Below, in pieces: positions 56,269 through 64,000 of a stretch of 64,000 nt of DNA. Position 1 is the stretch's first letter. Each line of letters begins with the position of its first letter. A program made the position numbers and the translations under genes. The notes beneath the pieces are model-generated. The model ran no database searches, was not told the DNA's origin, and was given only the letters and a program-made list of their open reading frames with translations. Source of the stretch: an uncultured Chitinophagaceae bacterium (GTDB taxonomy: Bacteria; Bacteroidota; Bacteroidia; Chitinophagales; Chitinophagaceae); assembly GCA_964505195.1 (NCBI GenBank), contig CAZDGV010000005.1:17749-81748 (forward strand). The letters run 5' to 3'.

Positions 56269-56571
56269 CTATCCTTCCGCTTCTTCTTTTTTTAGTTGCC
56301 GATCAAATAAAAATGTACCCAGCGGTACAAAAGCGGCAACGCAAGCAAAAGCAAATTTTTTAAACGGCCATGCTTTTTGCTCTTTTGCATAATAAGCAAG
56401 TGCTATGTAAATCACAAAAAGGAGTCCGTGTATCCAACCGGTATATTTTACCGCTTCGGGTAAGCCATACATATACTTAAGCGGCATAGCAATTAACAAG
56501 AGCAGTAAGAACGAAGTACCTTCTGCAAAACCCGTAATGCGTAAAAGGCCGATGATTGAATTTGGTTTCAT
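56269..56571 (-). CDS. DUF3817 domain membrane protein
   Basis: 100 aa, 3 TM helices. LLRITGFAEGTSFLLLLLIAMPLKY fits DUF3817. Its stop lies 2 nt from the convergent FabH-like stop. Confidence 0.6.
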   Translation of the reverse strand: MKPNSIIGLLRITGFAEGTSFLLLLLIAMPLKYMYGLPEAVKYTGWIHGLLFVIYIALAYYAKEQKAWPFKKFAFACVAAFVPLGTFLFDRQLKKEEAEG

Positions 56572-56592
56572 GGCAATAGGTACGGTTATGTG

Positions 56593-56991
56593 TTAATGTT
56601 TACAATCATTAGTGTGACAATGATTTGCCAGTCTGCATGCCCGATGATTGAGCACATGTGCCCAAATAATTGCACTCATCCCTGCGAGAATTACAAAGAG
56701 TCCGGCAACACCTAGATCTACAAACTGGTGCACCACGAATAATCCTATTCCAAGCGTAAACAATAAAAGACTGCTAAATTTATGATGATGCTTTCGGTAG
56801 CCATGCCACAAGGTGCTTATACCGATGACGAAGGCCGTTCCAAGAAGCAATATCTCAATCCAGCGATTATGGACTAGTTTAACTCCCAGTAAAGGAAGGC
56901 TGCTGATGAGCAATGGCATGAGTGCACAGTGGATAGCACAGGCTACAGAGGCCGCTATACCCATTGCTTCCCAGTTGATTTTGAAAGACAT
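56593..56991 (-). CDS. MerC-domain membrane protein with a Cys/His-rich C-terminal tail
   Basis: About 132 aa, 4 TM helices. CAIHCALMPLL sits in TM1 (MerC-like Cys pair). The tail is NHRACRLANHCHTNDCKH. I prefer ATG 56991 over the track TTG at 57015. Confidence 0.6.
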   Translation of the reverse strand: MSFKINWEAMGIAASVACAIHCALMPLLISSLPLLGVKLVHNRWIEILLLGTAFVIGISTLWHGYRKHHHKFSSLLLFTLGIGLFVVHQFVDLGVAGLFVILAGMSAIIWAHVLNHRACRLANHCHTNDCKH

Positions 56992-57027
56992 GTTTGCAAA
57001 GATATAAATTTGCAATTTTGTTGCAAA
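56980..57027 (+). promoter_or_regulatory. Candidate promoter (-33 TTTG, -7 TAAATTTG) overlapped by an inverted repeat TTTGCAA-N5-TTGCAAA; putative operator in the MerC / SCO-Fur divergent region
   Basis: TTTG at 56980-56983 and TAAATTTG at 57005-57012, with a 21-nt spacer that matches the Bacteroidota consensus spacing. Inverted repeat TTTGCAA (57009-57015) and TTGCAAA (57021-57027). A further self-palindromic TTTGCAAA lies at 56993-57000. A second TAnnTTTG (TAACTTTG, 57066-57073) lies 19 nt before the SCO ATG. Confidence 0.35.
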
Positions 57028-57092
57028 AATTTATTCCGCCCGCATCTTCTCACTCCCCCATACCCTAACTTTGCAGTTGAAAATGGGCAAGC

Positions 57093-57746
57093 ATGAATAA
57101 AAAATGGTTTTACGCAATTTTTGCTGTGGTATTACTGGGAGGTTTTTATCTGGGACTGTTCTGGGGTAACGATTTATGGAAGAAAAAATTACCCGTTTTG
57201 AATGATGTGAAGCCATTTGCTTTTGTTTCACAATCGGGTGATACGGTTACCAATCGTGATGTGGAAGGCAAAGTACAAGTTGTAGAATATTTCTTTACTA
57301 CTTGCAAGGGAATTTGCCCAAAGATGAATAACAACATGAAAGTTATTGCTGCTCGTTATGCGGACGAATCTAATTTTGTTATTCTGTCTCATACAGTGGA
57401 TCCTGATACGGATTCTGTCGCAAAATTAAAAACCTATGCCGATTCACTGGGAGCAAAGCCCTCACAATGGATTTTTCTTACCGGTACAAAAGAAAAACTT
57501 TATGAATCGGCACGTGAAAGTTATTTGCTGGATGATCAAAATAATAACAAAGGAAAAATTGAAGAACAGTTTATACATACACAACTTTTTGCTTTGGTAG
57601 ATAAGAATGGTCGTGTGCGGGGCGTGTATGATGGATTGCAAAAGGAAGAACTTGCCCGACTCAATGATCATATTGATCTTCTCTTAAAAGAATCTTATAG
57701 TGGTCCAAGATTTGTAAACGGAATTTTTCAAAACAACCCTCAATAA
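57093..57746 (+). CDS. SCO family protein (second SCO1/SenC paralogue in the window)
   Basis: 217 aa. N-terminal anchor helix, CxxxC motif FFTTCKGICPKM, and a downstream H (FIHTQLFALVD). Confidence 0.85.
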   Translation: MNKKWFYAIFAVVLLGGFYLGLFWGNDLWKKKLPVLNDVKPFAFVSQSGDTVTNRDVEGKVQVVEYFFTTCKGICPKMNNNMKVIAARYADESNFVILSHTVDPDTDSVAKLKTYADSLGAKPSQWIFLTGTKEKLYESARESYLLDDQNNNKGKIEEQFIHTQLFALVDKNGRVRGVYDGLQKEELARLNDHIDLLLKESYSGPRFVNGIFQNNPQ

Positions 57747-57759
57747 AGCTCATTTATTT

Positions 57760-58176
57760 ATGAACGATCCGGTGAAAGATGTTTTAAAGCGTTTTCGGTT
57801 AAGTATTACCGATAGCCGATTACAAATTCTGAGTCTTTTTTACAAGGCACCGGGAGCTTTGGCGCATGCCGATATTGAAAAGAAAACCGGCGATACAATT
57901 GATCGTGTTACCATTTATCGCACACTGCAAACCTTCGAAGAAAAAGGCATCATCCACAGTATACCTACATCTGATAATTCTGTGAAATATGCGCTGTGTA
58001 AAGAAACCTGTGCTGAAGGACATCATCACGACAATCACGTTCACTTTATTTGTGATGATTGCAGCAAAACCATTTGTTTAGATGATGTACTGGTGCCCGA
58101 TGTAAAACTACCGCGCGGCTTCAAACCTAATCAGTCGCAAATGGTGGTAAACGGTCTATGTAAGGATTGTCAATAG
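57760..58176 (+). CDS. Fur family metalloregulator
   Basis: 138 aa. Winged-helix segment RVTIYRTLQTFEEKGIIH, His cluster EGHHHDNHVHFIC, and two CxxC pairs (CDDC, CKDC). It starts 13 nt after the SCO gene. Confidence 0.85.
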   Translation: MNDPVKDVLKRFRLSITDSRLQILSLFYKAPGALAHADIEKKTGDTIDRVTIYRTLQTFEEKGIIHSIPTSDNSVKYALCKETCAEGHHHDNHVHFICDDCSKTICLDDVLVPDVKLPRGFKPNQSQMVVNGLCKDCQ

Positions 58177-58187
58177 TAAATGCTGAC

Positions 58188-59915
58188 TTAGCTTTTTTCC
58201 AGCAATGTCATTTCTTTCTGAATAAATACACTTAGGGCACGGATATAATCCGGTGAAAAATCAAAAGATAAGCCTGCTGCTTTATATAACTCAGGTAAAG
58301 TTTTAGTACCGCCAAATTGGAGTGCATTTATATAATTGCTTATTGCTTGGTTCTTGTTTTCTTTAAACTGCATCCAAAGTCCAATAGCACCTAGCTGTGC
58401 TATTCCGTATTCGATGTAATAAAAAGGTACTTCAAAAAGATGCAGCTGTTTTTGCCACTCGTAAGCACGGTATTGTTCCAAACCACTGTAGTCGATCGCG
58501 CCGGTTGAAAACCGCGCGGCTAGTTCAATCCATTTTGTAGCACGTTCTTCCAGGCTATGCTCCGGGTGTTCATAAATCCAGTGCTGAAATGCGTCAATGC
58601 GCGCAATCCACGGAAGAATGGTAAGTACGCGTTCCAGTTGTTTTGCCTTTGCCCTGCGCAAGTCATCCGCATTTGGGAAAAATACATCCCAGTGTTCCAT
58701 GCTGAATAACTCCATGGCCATGCTGGCTACTTCTGCAATTTCTGCACCATATTCTTTAAAGCCGGAAAGCTTTAGGTCGTGTGTTAAAAAAGAATGCACT
58801 GCATGTCCGCCTTCATGTACCATGGTTGTTACATCGTCCATCGTACCCGCTGCATTCATAAATATGAAAGGCGCTCCGGTTTCTGTCAACGGCATATTGT
58901 AACCGCCCGGCGCTTTTCCTTTGCGACTGTCAAGATCGAAGCGTCCCATTTGCTGCATCTTTTGAATACATGCTGCAAAAAAGGGATGGAGTTTTTCAAA
59001 ACACGCTATGGTTTTTTCAGTCAGCTCTTTACCGTTTTGAAACGGACGAAGGGGTTCAATACCTTCTGGTTCCGCATCAATATCCCAGGGGCGCAGGGTT
59101 GTATATCCGAGTTCAGCTCTTTTGCTGTCGTAAATATTTTTTACAAGTGGTGTAATATGTTTTTCTACCGCGTCGTGAAAAGCAAAACAACTTTCAGGCG
59201 TATAATCGAAGCGACCCAGCTCTACAAACTTGTAATCACGGTAGTTTTTAAAACCTGCATTCAGTGCAATTTGATGTCTCTTTTCAAGTAATTGTGAAAA
59301 CAGTGTGTTGAGTGCATCACGATCTTCAAATCTGCGGTCCAGTATTTTTCTGTAAACTGTTTCTCTTAATTTTCTATCTGGGTTTTCTAGAAATTTTACG
59401 GCTTGAGGCAGCGTGTATTCTTGCTCATTTACGCGGATGGTCATTTTCCCGGCAATGACTCCGAAATGTTGCTGCAGCACACTCAATTCTGCCTGTAGGG
59501 GAATATTTTCTTCACGAAACAGGTCGATACTTTTTTTAACGCTTCGCAGGTAGGTGAAATACTCGTCTTTATTTAGTTCGGTAGTAAAAGTATTTTCAAT
59601 CAGCTTTCTGTTCAGTTTGTCTGCATAAGGTTGCATTTTTGGTGCAATCTCTAAATGAAAATAATTGAAAGCTGCTTCAAGCTCTTTGTTTTCTGTATCA
59701 CAGGTCATGCGAATTTGTCGCCAGCAAGCATCTTCACTTATTACTGCCTCCAGCTCACTCATGTCTTTCAGCCATGCTTCCAGTGCAGCTTTCGAGTCGA
59801 TACTGCGATCAAGCAGGTTTTGAAAATAGGGTTCAAGACTTTCCCATGTAGTGATCTGGTAAGATGCAGGTAAAAAATGGCGTGGTAAGGCTTGGATGTC
59901 TGCGGTCAGCTTCAT
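58188..59915 (-). CDS. M3 family oligoendopeptidase (PepF-like)
   Basis: 575 aa. Zinc motif HEGGHAVH with a downstream E (EIAEVASM). Confidence 0.85.
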   Translation of the reverse strand: MKLTADIQALPRHFLPASYQITTWESLEPYFQNLLDRSIDSKAALEAWLKDMSELEAVISEDACWRQIRMTCDTENKELEAAFNYFHLEIAPKMQPYADKLNRKLIENTFTTELNKDEYFTYLRSVKKSIDLFREENIPLQAELSVLQQHFGVIAGKMTIRVNEQEYTLPQAVKFLENPDRKLRETVYRKILDRRFEDRDALNTLFSQLLEKRHQIALNAGFKNYRDYKFVELGRFDYTPESCFAFHDAVEKHITPLVKNIYDSKRAELGYTTLRPWDIDAEPEGIEPLRPFQNGKELTEKTIACFEKLHPFFAACIQKMQQMGRFDLDSRKGKAPGGYNMPLTETGAPFIFMNAAGTMDDVTTMVHEGGHAVHSFLTHDLKLSGFKEYGAEIAEVASMAMELFSMEHWDVFFPNADDLRRAKAKQLERVLTILPWIARIDAFQHWIYEHPEHSLEERATKWIELAARFSTGAIDYSGLEQYRAYEWQKQLHLFEVPFYYIEYGIAQLGAIGLWMQFKENKNQAISNYINALQFGGTKTLPELYKAAGLSFDFSPDYIRALSVFIQKEMTLLEKS

Positions 59916-59968
59916 GATTCATTCATTTTTCCCGTGAAAGCATTTAATATAACGCTTGTAATCAGCGG

Positions 59969-60382
59969 TTAAGCTTCATTTTCTGCAATGTCAGAGGCTT
60001 CTGATAGTTTCAATTCTATCTGATTGTTACGAATGATTTCAAACCAGCGAATCATTTTCTTCATATCGCTCATGTAAACGCGTTCAAAGTCGAGATCGGG
60101 GAATACTTTTTGAAAATATGCTTTTACGGCTTTTGCATCTTTTTCAGAAGGCAAAGCTTCCTTGCTCGTCATCATGGCTTTGAATACTTCGATGAGATTT
60201 ACATTTTCGCGAATGGTATATACTTCAATGCTTTCCAGGTGCGAAAACTGGTGACTACGATTTGAAGCAAAGCGGGTTGATTGATCTTCCAGCGACCGAA
60301 CAATTGCTCCGTCAGTTTTGCTGCTCAGTAATTCAAATAATCCCGGAAGTCCAGTAACAGAAATGAGTTTAACGTATTCCAT
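59969..60382 (-). CDS. DUF5606 family protein
   Basis: 137 aa. The N-terminal LISVTGLPGLFELLSSKTDGAIVRSLED pattern is one I recognise from DUF5606. No function is known. Confidence 0.55.
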   Translation of the reverse strand: MEYVKLISVTGLPGLFELLSSKTDGAIVRSLEDQSTRFASNRSHQFSHLESIEVYTIRENVNLIEVFKAMMTSKEALPSEKDAKAVKAYFQKVFPDLDFERVYMSDMKKMIRWFEIIRNNQIELKLSEASDIAENEA

Positions 60383-60490
60383 ATGTATTTATTCAGTGGT
60401 GCAAGTTACGCGTAAAACGGCAAAAGAGCTTTCTGTATGGTAAGTGTTTTCCATTCTTTTCTTTGTTGTAGTTTCGATATAAAATATTCC

Positions 60491-62968
60491 ATGTTCCGTA
60501 TCCTTGTATTGTGCTTAATTGGTCTTTTTATTTATACATATTGTGAGGCACAGCAAAATTTGGGTGTTTTTCAATCCTACAGTTTAGAAAATGGCAAGGC
60601 ACAGATTATAACAACCAAGGGAATATTAACGTTTCAAATGTATGAGGGCAATGTACTTCAAACTAGTTTTGAAGCCGGCTACGCGCGCAGTGAGCAAATC
60701 AGTAATGCAGTGCTTTCAAAGCCCATTCCATCGCTACAGCTCTTAAAGGAGGATGACGCATCGATCATTTTTGGCAGCGCAAATGATAAAGTGGTCATTT
60801 CAAAAAACCCCGTGCGGGTTAACTATCGCTCCGGTGAATCAACCATACAATGGTTGAGTGCCGATAGCGTTGAAGCGCATCGTTACTTACAGTTTTCGCT
60901 TACTCCTGATGAAAAAATATTCGGCACCGGATCGCGCAGCATTCCGCTTAATCGCCGTGGTTATCGCGTTCGCTTAGATAACAATCCTTGGTATGGTTAT
61001 AATGTGAATGCTGCTGATTTAAACTATAGCATTCCTTTTTTTGTAAGCAGCAATGCTTATGGTATTTTCTTCGATAATCCTTCGCGCGGGTATTTAGATA
61101 TTGGAAAGAAAGACAGCACCTTTTTAGAAGCAGGATTTTCTTCTGGTAAACTTCAATTTTACACATTCTTTGCTTCAAATACAGGCGCCATTGTTCAACA
61201 GTTTGTAAAGATGGTCGGCACCCCGCCCATTCCGCCGCGTTGGGCTTTCGGAAATTTTATGAGTCGTTTTGGTTACCGAAGTCAGCAGGAGGTAATGGAT
61301 ATTGCCCGTAAAATGCAGTCAGAAGATTTTCCGCTCGATGCAGTAATCATCGATCTTTTCTGGTTTGGCGATGGCGAGCATACACGCTGGAATATGGGAA
61401 ATCTCGACTGGAATAGAACACGGTTTCCGACACCGGAAAAAATGCTCGATTCGTTGCGTAGCATGAAGTTGAAAACGATCCTCATCACCGAGCCCTTTGT
61501 GTTAAGTGAATCTTTTAACTATCAGGAAACGCAACAAAAAAAGCTGAATGCCTTAAGTAGTAAGGGCGATACAACACATATCAAAGAATTTTATTTTGGT
61601 CATGCCGGCTTGCTGGATATAGCAAAAAACGATACGCGAGATTGGTTCTGGCAGAAATACGATGCCCAAATAAAAAAAGGAGTGGATGCCTGGTGGGGCG
61701 ATTTAGGAGAACCGGAAAAGCACCCCGATTATCTATATCACGATTTAACGGATCTTGGCTTTAATCGACCTTTTAATGCAAATGAGTTGCACAATATTTA
61801 TGGTCACTGGTGGAGTGAGATGTTGTTTGAGAAATATGCACAGCACTATCCAAATACCCGACTATTTCATCTCAATCGCAGTGGCTATGCCGGCACCTGG
61901 CGTTTCGGTTCCATACCTTGGAGTGGTGATGTAGAACGTAGCTGGGATGGATTTCGGGCGCAGCTGCCGATTATGCTGGGTATGAGTTTATCCGGTGCGC
62001 CTTACATGCACAGTGATGCAGGTGGTTTTGCCATGGGCAAGCGCGATCCTGAATTATATACTCGTTGGTTGCAGATGAGTGTGTTTTCACCCATCTTTCG
62101 TCCGCATGGAAGTGTAAATGCACCTGAACCGAATGTTCCGCAGATTGAAAGTGAACCGGTATTTTATGAAGAGCCTTATCGGTCTATTTTGCGCAACACA
62201 GTGAAACTGCGCTATCGACTTTTGCCTTATACTTACAATCTTGCACGTGATGCGTCTTTGAACGGAACACCTTTAGCACGACCAATATTTTATCATAACA
62301 ATGCAGATACGAATCTTTTTAAAGCAGAAGATCAGTATATGTTCGGTGATGCTTTTCTGGTTGCACCGGTATTAGCACCGGGGGCCACAAAGCGTAAACT
62401 GTATCTGCCTCAAGGCGATTGGCACCATTTTGCAACGCATGAGAAAATCAGTGGCGGTCGTTGGTTGGAAGTGCCGGTAGATATGAAGATGATTCCTGTT
62501 TTTGTAAAAGTGGGAAGTATTGTACCTATGATGCCTTCATTTAACAATACTGCCGAATACGCTCAGCAGCCGCTTCATATTTATTATTATTCCTCTAAGC
62601 AGCCTAGTCGTTATCAGCTGTATGAAGATGATGGCATTTCCAATGATGCACTTGCTTCGGAAGCATTTGAAATTACTACCATTGAAGCAGCAGAACAGCG
62701 CAAGGGCATACGGATGAATATATTTTCAAATAAGGGGAATTATGCGAACCGTCCTGGTCATCGGCATCTAAATATTTGTATTCCGGGATTAAAATATGTT
62801 CCGAAAAAAATATATCTGAATAAGCAGCCCCTTGTTGTTGCCAAAGAAAAAAAGGAAGTTGACACAAATCTTCATAATGCATATTGGGATGCGGATAAGT
62901 CGATCTTGATGATTCAATTGCCTAGGTTCAATGGTGATGCTGTTACTTTATTGATACCCGAGCGGTAG
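60491..62968 (+). CDS. Glycoside hydrolase family 31 (alpha-glucosidase/alpha-xylosidase-like), secreted
   Basis: Signal MFRILVLCLIGLFIYTYCEAQ. Catalytic-region segments VIIDLFWF, DAWWGDLGEPE and IPWSGDV fit GH31. I prefer ATG 60491 over the track start at 60437. Confidence 0.8.
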   Translation: MFRILVLCLIGLFIYTYCEAQQNLGVFQSYSLENGKAQIITTKGILTFQMYEGNVLQTSFEAGYARSEQISNAVLSKPIPSLQLLKEDDASIIFGSANDKVVISKNPVRVNYRSGESTIQWLSADSVEAHRYLQFSLTPDEKIFGTGSRSIPLNRRGYRVRLDNNPWYGYNVNAADLNYSIPFFVSSNAYGIFFDNPSRGYLDIGKKDSTFLEAGFSSGKLQFYTFFASNTGAIVQQFVKMVGTPPIPPRWAFGNFMSRFGYRSQQEVMDIARKMQSEDFPLDAVIIDLFWFGDGEHTRWNMGNLDWNRTRFPTPEKMLDSLRSMKLKTILITEPFVLSESFNYQETQQKKLNALSSKGDTTHIKEFYFGHAGLLDIAKNDTRDWFWQKYDAQIKKGVDAWWGDLGEPEKHPDYLYHDLTDLGFNRPFNANELHNIYGHWWSEMLFEKYAQHYPNTRLFHLNRSGYAGTWRFGSIPWSGDVERSWDGFRAQLPIMLGMSLSGAPYMHSDAGGFAMGKRDPELYTRWLQMSVFSPIFRPHGSVNAPEPNVPQIESEPVFYEEPYRSILRNTVKLRYRLLPYTYNLARDASLNGTPLARPIFYHNNADTNLFKAEDQYMFGDAFLVAPVLAPGATKRKLYLPQGDWHHFATHEKISGGRWLEVPVDMKMIPVFVKVGSIVPMMPSFNNTAEYAQQPLHIYYYSSKQPSRYQLYEDDGISNDALASEAFEITTIEAAEQRKGIRMNIFSNKGNYANRPGHRHLNICIPGLKYVPKKIYLNKQPLVVAKEKKEVDTNLHNAYWDADKSILMIQLPRFNGDAVTLLIPER

Positions 62969-63021
62969 AAAAAAATTCAAGAAATCAATTGCTTACATCA
63001 GAGATCATTTTATGATTGCTT

Positions 63022-63678
63022 TTAAGCACTTTTATCAAACTCGAGGATGAGCCGATCAATTATTTCAATCAGTTGTTCTTCTGAAGCATAGCCTCTTGCA
63101 ATCAAATAAAATTTCAAATCGCTCACTTGTAAAAAAAGTGTTGGAAAGCCTGTTACCTGAAGTTGTCGGCACATTGCAAATTCCTGATGTGCGGCATCAC
63201 GAAATGCTTCGGCGTGTAGTTTTTCATAAAAAGCATCATGATTAATGCCGTATTTTTCTAATAGATGTCGGTAAGCTTCATCATCCGTTAAGTCTCTTCC
63301 TTCTGCAAAAAGCGCATGTTGTAGATCGGCTACAAATTCGGCTTGCAAGGAAGGATAAAATTCTTTGAAAACAGATAATGCTATGGCTGATTTTTCTGAG
63401 TGTGGGAACCAATCGCTCAAATCAGGATTGCGCAAGTGCCATAGATAATCTTCACCAAAGCGAACCCCTGTTCTTGATTCTACTTCCGGGTATGCTTTCA
63501 GTATATAGCCGGCACTCGCACTGACAGGCGTGGGAGCGTCGGGTAGAATCATTCCCCCGCTCAGTGCTTCAAAAGCAATTTTATCTGCATAGCGTTTGGC
63601 AATTTTTTGTACTACCGGACTGAATCCGTAGCACCATCCGCACCAGGCATCAAAGCAATAGAAAAGAGTAAGCGCCAT
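63022..63678 (-). CDS. DsbA-like thioredoxin-fold protein
   Basis: 218 aa. N-terminal FDAWCGWCYG (CxxC) in a DsbA/FrnE-like context, and TGFPT (cis-Pro loop). Confidence 0.75.
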   Translation of the reverse strand: MALTLFYCFDAWCGWCYGFSPVVQKIAKRYADKIAFEALSGGMILPDAPTPVSASAGYILKAYPEVESRTGVRFGEDYLWHLRNPDLSDWFPHSEKSAIALSVFKEFYPSLQAEFVADLQHALFAEGRDLTDDEAYRHLLEKYGINHDAFYEKLHAEAFRDAAHQEFAMCRQLQVTGFPTLFLQVSDLKFYLIARGYASEEQLIEIIDRLILEFDKSA

Positions 63679-63755
63679 GCTGTAAAGGTAGTGAAGAGAT
63701 CAGGGATCTGCCATTTATATGAAACAAGGCATTTATAGCAGAAGAACACTTGTTG

Positions 63756-64000
63756 TTAATGTGCTTCCAGCCAGTTTTTTCCAATGCCTGCTTCTGCTAC
63801 AACAGGCACTCCGTTTGGCAGCGTCATGGCCGACTGCATACATTCTAGTACCAGCGCTTTCATCGGCTCTACTTCTTCTTTCACCACATCAAAAATCAAT
63901 TCGTCGTGTACCTGTAAAATCATTCTACTTTTCAACCCGGCAGATTTTATCGCAGCATCAATTTTGATCATTGCCAGCTTGATCATGTCTGCAGCTGTTC
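63756..64000 (-). CDS. polA: DNA polymerase I, C-terminal end only (the gene continues beyond the window end)
   Basis: ...ILQVHDELIFDV...PVVAEAGIGKNWLEAH followed by a stop. QVHDE is family A polymerase motif C. The frame stays open to position 64000. Confidence 0.9.
   Translation of the reverse strand, partial: TAADMIKLAMIKIDAAIKSAGLKSRMILQVHDELIFDVVKEEVEPMKALVLECMQSAMTLPNGVPVVAEAGIGKNWLEAH

Noticed and set aside
1-64000. Search for tRNA/rRNA genes, CRISPR arrays, IS elements, integrases, toxin-antitoxin pairs or known defence-system genes
   Set aside because: All intergenic gaps are below about 480 nt. None contains a tRNA-like cloverleaf end (no GGTTCGAATCC-type T-arm seen) or spaced direct repeats. 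No ORF translation shows transposase, integrase, nuclease-helicase or other defence hallmarks. This was checked by eye only and should be confirmed with tRNAscan-SE, Infernal, a CRISPR finder and DefenseFinder/PADLOC.

Overview
This 64 kb window looks like a densely packed core chromosomal segment of a Bacteroidota genome. That placement is an inference from a T9SS type-B C-terminal sorting domain, the alternative complex III plus aa3 oxidase operon layout, TAnnTTTG-like -7 boxes and the absence of Shine-Dalgarno sequences. I support about 60 protein-coding genes. I saw no rRNA, tRNA, CRISPR array, transposase, integrase or phage-like block.

Contents from left to right:
- A minus-strand cluster of a class IV aminotransferase with three exported hydrolases (D-aminoacylase, S45 acylase, M19 dipeptidase).
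- A PurN gene carrying an in-frame membrane extension.
- A roughly 15.6 kb respiratory block: ActABCDEF, cytochrome oxidase II and I, haem O synthase, two subunit III-like genes, subunit IV, SCO1 and DUF420.
- An alkyltransferase-like gene with an overlapping Cys-rich gene, then TrmB and a PHP phosphoesterase.
- A cell-surface polysaccharide region: Lrp, Wzx-like, Wzz-like topology, Wzy/O-antigen-ligase-like, an orphan OppC-like permease, a processive GT2 and an anchored GH25.
- A patch of uncharacterised small, membrane or secreted proteins, including a 13-aa tandem-repeat miniprotein and a candidate membrane-tethered regulator.
- Isocitrate dehydrogenase and a VIT1 transporter.
- A four-gene Tat-dependent GMC flavoprotein, TIM-barrel and MFS operon.
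- Esterase, ferritin, Nfu, an acyltransferase, GTP-PEPCK, TerC, a lectin-type T9SS protein, DUF4920, RecA, amidase and a FabH-like gene.
- A divergent MerC-like, SCO and Fur-family module with a palindromic operator candidate.
- An M3 oligoendopeptidase, DUF5606, GH31, a DsbA-like gene and the 3' end of polA.

The candidates I rate highest for undescribed biology are the Tat-exported GMC/TIM-barrel/MFS operon (39.4-43.9 kb), the MerC/SCO/Fur module (56.6-58.2 kb), and the YxSQAD-repeat protein with the adjacent beta-propeller/TM/HTH-like protein (34.7-36.9 kb).

All family assignments come from reading motifs in the supplied translations. No database or HMM search was run. Start codons are often uncertain, because the ORF track extends to the most upstream ATG/GTG/TTG.
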